From positions 1 through 64,000 of the forward strand of contig NMRA01000254.1 of assembly GCA_002633005.1 (NCBI GenBank): DNA of 64,000 nucleotides, read 5' to 3'. This document shows, in pieces, positions 48,248-58,146 of the stretch (the first letter of the stretch is position 1; each line of letters starts with the position of its first letter). The notes under the pieces were generated by a model that ran no database searches, was not told where the DNA came from, and worked only from the letters and a program-made list of their open reading frames with translations. The stretch is from Phoronis australis (Eukaryota; Animalia; Phoronida). The translations under genes were made by a program, and so were the position numbers.

Positions 48248-50935
48248 ATGCATCATTACGGCCAAGTCCCGGCATTTGTATTAGCAGCTCTACCATTGCT
48301 AACAAACACAGAAATGTCCACCATTCCGTATGGAGTTCAGGATAAGTGTTATCTTTTCATTCTTGGCACAACGGCGGAGTTTCTTTACTACTCAACTTTT
48401 CAAATATCATTGGATTTCATGAATAATAAAGTAACAGCTTCGGGCGAAACGAGAGTAATCTTTGTGAACTGCATGGATTACGACCATCGCACCCGCCGAA
48501 TGTTTTACACAACACACCCATTTGGATCGAGGTTCGCAAGACGCACCATTTTCTACGTCGACATCAAAAGTGACGGGAATACAACTAGTCCACGAAGGTA
48601 CTATACGGTGAAGTTTGAAGGAGACCTGAGTAATATCGTCATTGACCAAAAGGGCAGAAGGTTGTACATAATTTCTACACTTTCCATCCACTCTATAAGC
48701 ATAGACAAGCCACAAGTGGACGAGCTATTGCATTACGAGGGTCAGACTGGTTTTCTCGTATCAAACAAATACGTGGAGGATTCCCTGGACTTCAACGTTC
48801 AACCAAGTGGAGAATTCGCTTTCGTTGCAAATCGAAATGGTAAAGGCAAAACGGGCTTTATCATTCAAAGGATATTTCTAACTCAAGCGGTCGCCCAAGA
48901 CGTCGTAACTAGACACTATATGGAATTCTGCGGAATGACGACGGAAACACAATGGTTAAACGATAATGAGGTAAACGGTAGTTGTATTTATTACTGCGCG
49001 TTGTCCATGGAGAAAGGAAAAAGAGTTGCTCGTTTTTACAAGACAAGTTTGATTCCGAACAATATGACGATGTTAGAAGAACTAAATGAGAAAGTACTTT
49101 ACAAAGAGATGACGTCAATTGGGACGAGGCCTTCTGCATTGACCAGCACAGAAAATTTTATTTACGCAGCTGTATACTTTGAGTTTCAATACGAAGGACC
49201 TTATGCGGAAATCTGGAAGATTGATACGAAAGGGCTCGGGCAAATTCGTAAATTAGGTGTTAAGTTCAATGTTTTTCTTCCACCGTCTATCATGCAGCTG
49301 CGTCTGGTCCACGGGAGAGATTGTACGGGACTGGAGAACAGGTGCCCTTCTGTAACACCCACACTGAAAGCGAACGAAACGTGCTCACGCGAACATGGCG
49401 CTATATGCGATTACCAGTGTTTGCATTCTGCTCGAAAAATTGGACAGAATATTACCTGCCAATCTGGCTTCTGGCAAAATACGGATGTGAAATGCACAAC
49501 TGAATGTCTAAGAAACCCGCCAACAAGTGTCAATATCAGCGAAACGTGCTCTTACTCAGACAAGGAAATGTGTAGTTTCTCATGTCTTAATGGATACCGT
49601 CGCACGATTGTTGACGAGTTTATTGAATGCAGGAGCGGACATTGGTCGACACCTCTGCACGATCTTTGCACCATGTTGTGTCCCAAAGAAATACCTAATG
49701 GCGTGATTGAAAAGACGTGTTCACGAGAGGAAGACGCCGATTGTGCATATTCTTGTGCCGATGGTTTCGTCGCAACGAGAACTTCACTCACCTGCGAAAG
49801 CAACAAAAACTGGCAGCACGTAGAAACTGAGCTCTGCTCTGAAACGATAAAACCATTGGTTATAGTAATTCCCGTTTTGTCGGCACTCGTTGTCGTTGGC
49901 TTTATAGTCTTTGGTGTCCGCTACTGCGTCAATCATAAATCTCAATTGAGCAGAAAAATACTTTTCCGACTTCGTCGTGAGGCCAATTTTAATGCTTGCG
50001 TTCCTCTTGAGATTTACACAAAGCTGCAAAGAAAGAGAAAATATTCTGTAAAGCCCGTACTTTTGCATAGGCAGCTGATGCCAAAGGACAGCTCTAAAGT
50101 TCGGTTTAGGAGACAGGGCGGCACGGAAACACCAATACCAGAGGCTAAACTTCTGGCTAATCTTAAGAAGGCCACGGATGGTGGAAAGGAAGAAGATGTT
50201 AGCAAAGCCCTTGAAGACTTTCGGTTGTATTCCGCTGAGAAAGTGAAATCTGAGGCAGCAAAAAACCTTGTAGAGAACGCTCGCAAACTTATTTATTGCG
50301 GGAGGATAAAATCTTTGGTATGCGCAATTGATACGAATGACAAGAAAACTGTTGACGAAAAAATTGAGCTTTTGAGAAAGGCGAGCTACGACATGAAAAA
50401 CGAGACACTAGAACAAGCCAGGAAGGTGTCAATGGCGTTAGCAACTATCGATAGTTCAAAACTTGCAATTGTTGATAGACGACTAACAATAGACCGGATT
50501 GGACTGATGTTGTCACCACCTCCAGAGTTGGTGAATGTTCTGCAGACTGTTTTGGTGTTACTTGGAAACGACGAAAGTTCTGTTCTTGCTTGGTCTAACT
50601 GTAAAAAAATTTTGAAAAATATGAAGGGTGGACTTACCAACGCTATACAAAAAGGCGACATGACAGGTTTACGTTTAGAAACTGCAGAACGCGCTTATGA
50701 ACGTCTTTCCAATTATAAGGCTGTCGATATTTATCTGATCAGCAACGATTTTGGAAAGCTTTTTGACTGGACACGCAGCGTATGTTTAGAGCGTTTAAAT
50801 CGAGAGAAGCGAATATCAGCCATGCCCTTGCCCACTTTTCAAGAGGATTCTAGTGCGATCAAGGAAGAGCGTCTTAGTAATCAGGACGATGGTCTTAGTG
50901 TGTGCAGTTTCCATTCAGAGAATGACAAACTCTAG
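48248..50935 (+). CDS. Single-ORF type-I membrane protein, 895 aa: signal peptide, beta-propeller-like region, 3 Sushi/CCP modules, TM, helical cytoplasmic region ending in a dynein stalk-head/MTBD-like domain
   Basis: Uninterrupted 2.7-kb ORF. The first ATG (48248) is followed by hydrophobic VPAFVLAALPLL. Propeller-blade-like strands MDYDHRTRRMFYT, IVIDQKGRRLYI and FNVQPSGEFAFVA. Three CCP-like modules (C..C.Y/F.C..G...C..G.W...C) at about 49340-49840. TM LVIVIPVLSALVVVGFIVFGV at about 49856-49920, followed by basic residues. Confidence 0.9.
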   Translation: MHHYGQVPAFVLAALPLLTNTEMSTIPYGVQDKCYLFILGTTAEFLYYSTFQISLDFMNNKVTASGETRVIFVNCMDYDHRTRRMFYTTHPFGSRFARRTIFYVDIKSDGNTTSPRRYYTVKFEGDLSNIVIDQKGRRLYIISTLSIHSISIDKPQVDELLHYEGQTGFLVSNKYVEDSLDFNVQPSGEFAFVANRNGKGKTGFIIQRIFLTQAVAQDVVTRHYMEFCGMTTETQWLNDNEVNGSCIYYCALSMEKGKRVARFYKTSLIPNNMTMLEELNEKVLYKEMTSIGTRPSALTSTENFIYAAVYFEFQYEGPYAEIWKIDTKGLGQIRKLGVKFNVFLPPSIMQLRLVHGRDCTGLENRCPSVTPTLKANETCSREHGAICDYQCLHSARKIGQNITCQSGFWQNTDVKCTTECLRNPPTSVNISETCSYSDKEMCSFSCLNGYRRTIVDEFIECRSGHWSTPLHDLCTMLCPKEIPNGVIEKTCSREEDADCAYSCADGFVATRTSLTCESNKNWQHVETELCSETIKPLVIVIPVLSALVVVGFIVFGVRYCVNHKSQLSRKILFRLRREANFNACVPLEIYTKLQRKRKYSVKPVLLHRQLMPKDSSKVRFRRQGGTETPIPEAKLLANLKKATDGGKEEDVSKALEDFRLYSAEKVKSEAAKNLVENARKLIYCGRIKSLVCAIDTNDKKTVDEKIELLRKASYDMKNETLEQARKVSMALATIDSSKLAIVDRRLTIDRIGLMLSPPPELVNVLQTVLVLLGNDESSVLAWSNCKKILKNMKGGLTNAIQKGDMTGLRLETAERAYERLSNYKAVDIYLISNDFGKLFDWTRSVCLERLNREKRISAMPLPTFQEDSSAIKEERLSNQDDGLSVCSFHSENDKL

Positions 50936-52079
50936 TGTATCAGTAGTCAACTTTGTGAGGCATTGTAAGACAAGATGCAATGATTTTACGATAAGAAAGT
51001 TTGCAGACAAACTGTTGTACGTGAAACAAGAAGTGGCTGTTTGACATTGACAATGCTAATTTTATTACTCACTTATGCTTCTGTACCAGTTGTTTGGCAG
51101 CTTGAGGACAGTCTTCATTACCAGATCCATTTCCGAGAATTGAATACAGCATGAGGAATTGCTATCTTTTAATTTCGTTATTCTAGATAAGGTTCGAAAT
51201 GGCACTCATAGTATGAATGTGTGCGAAATTGACTAAAACGCCTCCAAAGAAAACGTTCCTTTTTAAGAACACAGCGCGTTAACATGCACTTTTCTATTAC
51301 AACATTGTGAACGTACATTGAAAGACGTCTCGGTGTCTTTTGTCTGCTAGCGTGTTGCTATGCGATAAAGAATCGCCATTTTTGCACCGTTGTATAAGTA
51401 AACACCATACGAAATCAGGGAGTGTGGCTTTTGTCCAACTGATTGGTTGCAGTGTGCCGTGTGAAACAGGAAGTCGAAATGCAGTTTTTCGAAGAAAAAT
51501 CTCCCCGTGCACAATATAACTCAACACAGCTGCCTTTCCGAGGATTCTTGAACTTCGACCACGTTGCCTCAAACGAGAAATTATCTCATAAAAACACACT
51601 CTTGACTTCGTCTAACGAATCCGTTAAGTCTAACCTAATAAATGCTCTTTCATTCGTGTGATAAACTCATTTACTTGACTGCTGTGGTGATGTTGCAACA
51701 CCATTTCTAAAATATATTTACACGGACCTCTAGCCTACATGAATTTATTAGTTTATCCTTCTTCGTCCTACTCAAGATAAGTATCTTTTATTCTGTGCTG
51801 GAGTAAATTATGGTTTAGGCAGATGACTGTTTAGTCCAAGTTAGCAATTGATGACCGATGACATCAAGTTGCAAACTCGAGCAAAAACTCAAATTTCGAG
51901 CTCTAATACTGGGATCACCAAGTGAAACTATGGTTAGACAGTCATCCATGTAAATCGTACGTAAGCCTAAGGTAGAATGACAGATGTTTGCCGAGAGTTC
52001 ATATCAGAATGGAACGGAAACCTTTAAAATAATTTTCAGTCGATTTCGAGTACAATGCTCAGGTGTTGCCGCTTTCTTT

Positions 52080-52205
52080 AGACCGAGTATTTGGTATACT
52101 CTTGGTGGCCACTTGGGTAGTAGTTCCCTGGTGCACGGTAAGGTTCGAACCTGGGACCATTCGGTTCTCAGTTCACCACTCTGACCGCTAGGCCACTGAG
52201 TCATC
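52080..52205 (-). mobile_element. tRNA-derived SINE head
   Basis: The minus strand reads GTGGCCTAGCGGTCAGAG (A box), then GGTTCGAACC (B box) at tRNA-like spacing. The acceptor stem does not close, so it is not a functional tRNA. Confidence 0.6.
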
Positions 52206-52259
52206 CAACAAATTCGAGGGAAATTCGCTAAGCTCATTTTTTCCTTATTGCCAGGTGTC

Positions 52260-54220
52260 ACTTGGATACTTGCTTGGCTGAATTAAAGACATTGTCGTTT
52301 AGCGTCATGCGCATAACTTCATTGATCTTTTTTAGTCCATTGTGTCGTCCCACTGGTATTCTGATGCTCCTCGTGATGCCTTCTTGTGTTCAGCAATTCT
52401 GGTTACCAGCGGCCTTTGAGTTTCACAGATAGAGGATCCACCACATTCACAGCGGATTTCATCGACGACTTTCTTCCTTAAGCCATGCCCCCTGTCTTTG
52501 ATATGGCTTTGGCCAGTAGTAGACCGAGGGTGTCTGAGCTACGGTATGCCGTTCTTATCTTGAATTCCCTTTATGTGGTACCTCGTTGTTCAGATATCTC
52601 AGGTATGTATGAAAAACACATGGCTTGTTATATTGGGTCCTCTTCTACCCTCTCCCTTCTTGTTGCTTATTCGATAATTTCTTCCGTTGATTTCCTGTAC
52701 CAGGTTGTCCACGTCAGCTTGGAGGGCTATTCCGCTGCGTACTTCCTTTGATCTTTGTGATAGGCACTTGGTAATACTTCTCTTTACTCTTTTAGTGTTG
52801 TTGGAGTTGTAGTCCATGTATTGCCTAATGCAAATCGTCTTGGTGCTGTTGATTGCTCTCTATCTCTGGAAACCAAGAAATGACAGACTGTTGTTAGTCT
52901 CCACTTCCATAGTGAATCTTGTTGTAGGCGCTGATATTTAGTTGAACAAGGAGTGTCCCTAGATCATCCGCCCATGTCTATATACTGTGAGCGTGTCATC
53001 CATATATCGCTTCCCCATTTTGGGAGGTTACTGGCTGAGCTGACGGCTGCGTGCTCAAACCACTCCATATATAGATTAACTAATATTGATAATGGTGAAC
53101 CCATTGCCATGCCATGGTTCTGCTTTTAAAGGTTTTCTTTAAGTGGAAGTAAGTGGCATTTACACAGAATGATATCAATTCGAAAATGGCCAACGCTGAG
53201 AAATTTGTGTTCTCAGCTATTATTTGCCATCGCTCAAGTTTGATTTAAGTCGTGGAATAACCTCTAATATTGGGACTCTTGTGAACAGACCTTCGACAAC
53301 TTGGTTCAATCTCGATGTCGATTGACGTCAGCATTCAGAGGCGGCTCTACGGGGAGGGGGGTTTCAGGGGCTTCAACCCCCACCTCAGGACAGGATCAAA
53401 AATAAAAATAATGTCGCCACAAAAGCGAAATCAGGTACTAAAAAACCAAACATATCTTACGCGGGAGGAGGAAAACCCCCTCCCGACCTTCCCTCCGCTC
53501 GGAGCTATGCGCGTCGGATTCGCGCCAATCCTAACACCCCCTTACTGAAAACGTATGCCACTAGCATTATTGCCAAGTATTTCGAGTTCTTCAATAACCA
53601 ATAAGTTTTGTCATTTATTGTAGATAATATGCCATTGACGAACCTGGTTAGTTGGTGGCGTGGGAACCAATGCTGCTCACGATTGGTTGCGTAGTCATGT
53701 CTGATTTGTGTATCTTAGGTTTTCTGTACTTGTAAGTTTTTGTGTTGTAAAGATCGAGTTTCTGGGGTGCGTCACGTGACACTGAGGGCTCGGCAGTTTT
53801 CAACAGGGCAATCATCATCTTCTTCTTCTTCTTCAGTTTTGGTCTGATTTTGATGTTAATGCTAATACTGTTCACTGGAGAGTAGAGTTGTCGTCTTATT
53901 GTTGTAGTCACATTTATCAAGCACCACATTTGCATTGCCTTTATCGGCTTGCAGGATGATTACGTCCTCACCTTTCAACAGCTTTTGTAGAGCTATTTCC
54001 TCATTTCGGTTCACGTTAGGTATTGGTTATCTTGTCCTTGAGCTAGTGTTTGTCTGCACGTGACACGCACTGTATCCCTATCAGCTGATGGTAATTTGGC
54101 AGCGGCTAGAACCCTTGTTGGTCTGGTGGCATAGTTTGATCAGATACGTTTAGGTAGAAGCTCACACTGAACACTCGTCTGCTCTGCTAGATGTATTTAT
54201 AACCACGTAAAGCATTGGAA
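52260..54220 (-). mobile_element. Decayed Penelope-like retroelement (RT + GIY-YIG endonuclease)
   Basis: Minus-strand remnants VIILQADKGNANVVLDKCDY (about 53900-53965), PKIHK...PIVSSIGS (about 53660-53720), GMAMGSPLS...NLYMEWFE (about 53055-53120), RYMDD (about 52997-53010), and GIY-YIG-like VVDEIRCECGGSSICETQRPLVTRIAEHKK (about 52380-52470). Many stops and frameshifts. Confidence 0.9.
53336..53563. mobile_element. Short GC-rich MITE nested in the Penelope RT remnant
   Basis: CAGAGGCGG...GCCACTA ends with G-/C-rich subterminal tracts, interrupting the RT reading remnants. GCATT flanks both sides. Confidence 0.45.
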
Positions 54221-54992
54221 CACCGGGTATCCACATCGGTGGGCATCGAATCACTAAATAAACTTCTTAAAATTGTGACTGATTTGTGGTTAAATTTATT
54301 TCTACTTTATGTTTCATTTTTACTTCTCTTATAGTACTAGCCTACATGCGTTTGAGTAGATAAGCGCATCCAATAAAAAGTCGCTACGAGCATCATCAAA
54401 CCTCTGCACTCTACTTCTTGTTAGTTCATAGTTACTGTTGTTGTACCCTTGTATTGCTACAGAAATAGAAGAAAAGACATTAAATACAAATAGCGTTTAA
54501 CTATAAAACAATGACTTAATAACCTAATATTGAGCAAAACATCAAAAGTAAAGAAAACCTAAAATGTCGTTGTTCTTGTTCCAGCTTATAGAATTTCTGG
54601 ATCTGACATTCTTTGACCTCCTGTTATAATCTTTACTTGGGCGGGATTCAGCGTTCTCCAATCTCTGATAGCCTTCTGCCCTTAGACTGGTTTTAGATGA
54701 CGCTTGCAGAGAGCAGATTGACCAACACAACTCGTGTATAGCGCAGGACCTGTTTTGGGCGTATTAAATTGCATTTTTATGCATTCAATGGTGCTCTTGG
54801 AAAATGCGTGTTAGACCAACGAGGTGAAGTATGCGTAGCCGATGAGGAAGACGAATGAATGAAAGGTCATTATAAGGACTCTTAATGGCTGACAGGTTCG
54901 AGTGTGTTCGGTGGATACTTTTATCGCTTGTTGTGATAAGTTTTTTTTTTGACTGAAGGTCAAAGATGACTTACCTTTATATAGAGCGCACC

Positions 54993-55040
54993 TGTAGTAG
55001 TAATAGTAGTAGTTGTAGCAGTAGTAGTAGTACATGTAGT
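54993..55040. repeat. (TAG)n microsatellite
   Basis: Imperfect trinucleotide run. It explains the poly-Y and poly-T ORFs here. Confidence 0.85.
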
Positions 55041-56007
55041 ATTGACATGGATTGCTACATTTCGAGCAACTGTCTCGTGAGCTATACCATACTGTTTGGT
55101 CGGCATTTTGTCGACGATAATTTGTCTTGACTTTGTTGACGGCAAACATCGACTAGTTGCTGCGGCAATTACTTATGAAGAAATGTTATTAGAGAATGGC
55201 GATGCACTGCATGGTTTGATCATGGAATAGGAAACACGCATCTTGGATGGGAAAGATAGGCACTCAAATGTGGAAGAAATATAAACACAAGAAGGACGGT
55301 CTTGGCTGGGGGCAGGTGCCTGTAATTTGGAGGATGAACCCGAAGCTGGACGAGTGCGAACCTGGATATGGAAACGCCGGGGTTGTGATGGAATGTACGG
55401 ATGATTTCACATTTTTCCATTAAAAGGGGCATCCAGTTAATATTCCTTCCTCGCAACCATAATATTGCTCGCAGCTACTCTTAATGCCGTTCAATACTCG
55501 CGAAATTCGCCCGCACGAAAAACTAAAATTGAGTGCAGCCCTTGAAAATGTGACTGTGTTTCCATCGCCATTCAGCACATTTGCTCAGGGATTGTTTACG
55601 ATGTCCACTTCCAAAATTGACAATCATTGAGAGTTTGGATAGCGTGTAAATCAAGGAGCGATTCTCAAAATGTAGTTCTTCCCATTCCGCGGCTCCGTGG
55701 TCCCTTTTTCTGGACCTGTCTTTCGCGTATGAAGATACTTGATTCCCATTCACGGCTCGTCTCCCAATTTTTTTGGTCAGCCCTTCCCGTTTGAAGGCTA
55801 AATCTTCACACTCAACAACCGGGGTTCGGTATCACTGCTTGGTCTACTGTAAGCCAGTTTGAACTATAACAATCTTTTAACAAACGTACAAAAATCCATT
55901 AATTCCACAATATAGCTTTTAGACTACACATTCAAAGTTTAACACTTTCGACATCTCTAAGTTCCGATTCGAACTGGGCAATTGTCGAAAGGCACATTTG
56001 AGTAAAT

Positions 56008-58146
56008 TTATTTCTTCACTGGCTTGACCCGTTTTGAATGTCTTGGCTTGTTGCTCCTTCTTTTGCTTTTCCCATCTGTTTTCTGACAAGTTACTCCAGA
56101 ATCTATTGAGAATGAGTCGGACGACGGTGCATTTTTGCTTGCTTGTCGTTCGACGGTTTCAAGTGAATCTCTGTCTATGACTCCCGTAGCCTTCGTACCA
56201 GCGCTTTCGGATGGCTCGCAATTAGTTGTCGGTTCAAAGGACTCTGATGGGGCTGCCGTAACATTGACAACTGGATCTCCTTTTAAAGCTTGCATGTGCT
56301 CTTTCTGCTTAACAAGCGCCATTGGAAGTCGTTTGGTATTGAAGTGACCCTTGGAATCACTTCGAAGATGACCTACATAGGGCACGATTACTCCAACGTC
56401 TGGGCCAGAACCGCGCATGTGCTTAGTGACTTCTTTGAGATGCTTGGCACGTGATTTTACGTACCAAATAATGACTGCTAATACAATGCCTGCTGCCAGA
56501 ACAAAAAGTGTTGGAACCACAACGTTAACCCATGAAATGATCTTTCTGTAGCAGAAGTCGCTTTCCGCTTTTATCCAGTGCGATTCTGAGCCGCAAGTGA
56601 CAGACGAATGAGTTGGATCAAATCCTTCGTCGCACCTGAAACCACAACTTATCCCTTGTTCTCTTGAGCAGGACTCTTCAATAAGTCCATGGTATATCAC
56701 CGTCGGACACAGGTCACTGCAGAGCTCGTTTAATGGCGTTGACCAATGTCCATTCAGGCAAGTGATCGAGTTGTGGGCTGTGAGTGTACGAAGACCTTTG
56801 GCGCAGACGAATGAACAAACGTTGTCTGTTAAATATCTACAACCGTCACTTAATGTGACGTCATTTCCGATAGCTCGTGGGCACACAGTCGTGCACAGAG
56901 CTCGCTCGTTCATCCAAAACCCATCTTGGCACTCCGCCATGGCTTTAGCCTTTTTGGCGGTCTTGCTACATCTGTATGCGCAAGTGGACTCAGTTGTGCG
57001 CAAGCAATTTCTTTTGTTGATTCTGATGTTTTGGGTTTCCCATGGACACAGGAGTTCCATATAATCGCAACTGCTGGCGATCGCTCGCAGTTGCATATCT
57101 TCGAAAACACTAAACTCAACAGCAATTTTTTGTATTCCCTTAGTCCCCATCTTGTTGATTTTCCACAGCTCACCATACTGGCCATGTTTTTTTAATGGGA
57201 AGTATACGGCTGCGTAAAGATGTCGCTTCGAGGCAACCATTGCGACCGGCTTGTTTCTTGTTGTTGGTGTCTCTGCATGAAGTAACGTATGTTGCGTTTC
57301 AATGTCATTTCCTAACTGATATATCTTACCATTCAAAAATTTGTGTGACCGGTATATTTTAATCTCTTTCACATCTTTGTTACCAACCAGATTACAAAAA
57401 TATATATAAGACCCTTCTACTGTTTGGCCCAATCCTGTTATTGTTTCAATGGCCATGCCACAAAATGGCCGAGCATTTCGTGTGATTAGTTGGTCCACTT
57501 TTCCCCCGTACCTATCGGTGAGGTCGTGTCGATGTATTTTGAACCCATTGGTACCGTGTTCGCTGGCAATGAATGCGTAGCGGCCTTCCCACTGCACGGC
57601 GAAATCCAATGTCTTTCCCCTGTAATCGCTAGGTGCGAGGAAGTCAATAGGAGACTCCACATGGACTGTGGACATTACTGGCTCCCCATCTAAGTTGAGA
57701 GACTGTATAGATCTACTTGACAGGTAATACAATCGCCGGTTGCGATGCTCGATTGCCACATCGCCGACAAAATCTAAGCGACGGTTGTCAGTATGGAAAG
57801 GAAGAGGGTTTGTTGTCGACCCGTCGCTGTTAACTTTGATGTAGTATATGGTGGATCTTTGTATGTGTGTTCTGCCGAGAGGGTATGTGGTATAAAACTG
57901 GCGTTGGGTTTTGTCATCAAACTCCATGCTATGAATGTATGGGATTTTTAGATTAAAAGCTGCAGTTACACCGTCTTCCATGAAATCCATTGATATATGG
58001 AATCCTGAATAATACACTTGGTCAGTAACGGTGCCGAGGGTAAAAAGGTAACAATCCTTCTGTAATTTTCGTGGAATCGCAGTGAAAGTCGGTTGAAACA
58101 CTACAGAGTATGCCACGGCTACGGACATACGGGCGTACAGCGTCAT
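56008..58146 (-). CDS. Single-ORF type-I membrane protein, 712 aa, paralogue of 48248..50935: propeller-like region, 3 Sushi/CCP modules, TM, Ser/Thr-rich and basic cytoplasmic tail
   Basis: Uninterrupted ORF. The N-terminal block IPRKLQKDCYLFTLGTVTDQVYYSGFHISMDFMEDGVTA matches the paralogue at 22/39 positions. Cys/Trp spacing of the CCP modules is conserved (CLNGHWSTPLNELC vs CRSGHWSTPLHDLC). TM VVVPTLFVLAAGIVLAVIIWYV. Confidence 0.9.
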   Translation of the reverse strand: MTLYARMSVAVAYSVVFQPTFTAIPRKLQKDCYLFTLGTVTDQVYYSGFHISMDFMEDGVTAAFNLKIPYIHSMEFDDKTQRQFYTTYPLGRTHIQRSTIYYIKVNSDGSTTNPLPFHTDNRRLDFVGDVAIEHRNRRLYYLSSRSIQSLNLDGEPVMSTVHVESPIDFLAPSDYRGKTLDFAVQWEGRYAFIASEHGTNGFKIHRHDLTDRYGGKVDQLITRNARPFCGMAIETITGLGQTVEGSYIYFCNLVGNKDVKEIKIYRSHKFLNGKIYQLGNDIETQHTLLHAETPTTRNKPVAMVASKRHLYAAVYFPLKKHGQYGELWKINKMGTKGIQKIAVEFSVFEDMQLRAIASSCDYMELLCPWETQNIRINKRNCLRTTESTCAYRCSKTAKKAKAMAECQDGFWMNERALCTTVCPRAIGNDVTLSDGCRYLTDNVCSFVCAKGLRTLTAHNSITCLNGHWSTPLNELCSDLCPTVIYHGLIEESCSREQGISCGFRCDEGFDPTHSSVTCGSESHWIKAESDFCYRKIISWVNVVVPTLFVLAAGIVLAVIIWYVKSRAKHLKEVTKHMRGSGPDVGVIVPYVGHLRSDSKGHFNTKRLPMALVKQKEHMQALKGDPVVNVTAAPSESFEPTTNCEPSESAGTKATGVIDRDSLETVERQASKNAPSSDSFSIDSGVTCQKTDGKSKRRSNKPRHSKRVKPVKK

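Noticed and set aside
52130-52205. Functional tRNA gene
   Set aside because: A and B boxes are present, but there is no closing acceptor stem or clean cloverleaf. It fits a SINE head better.
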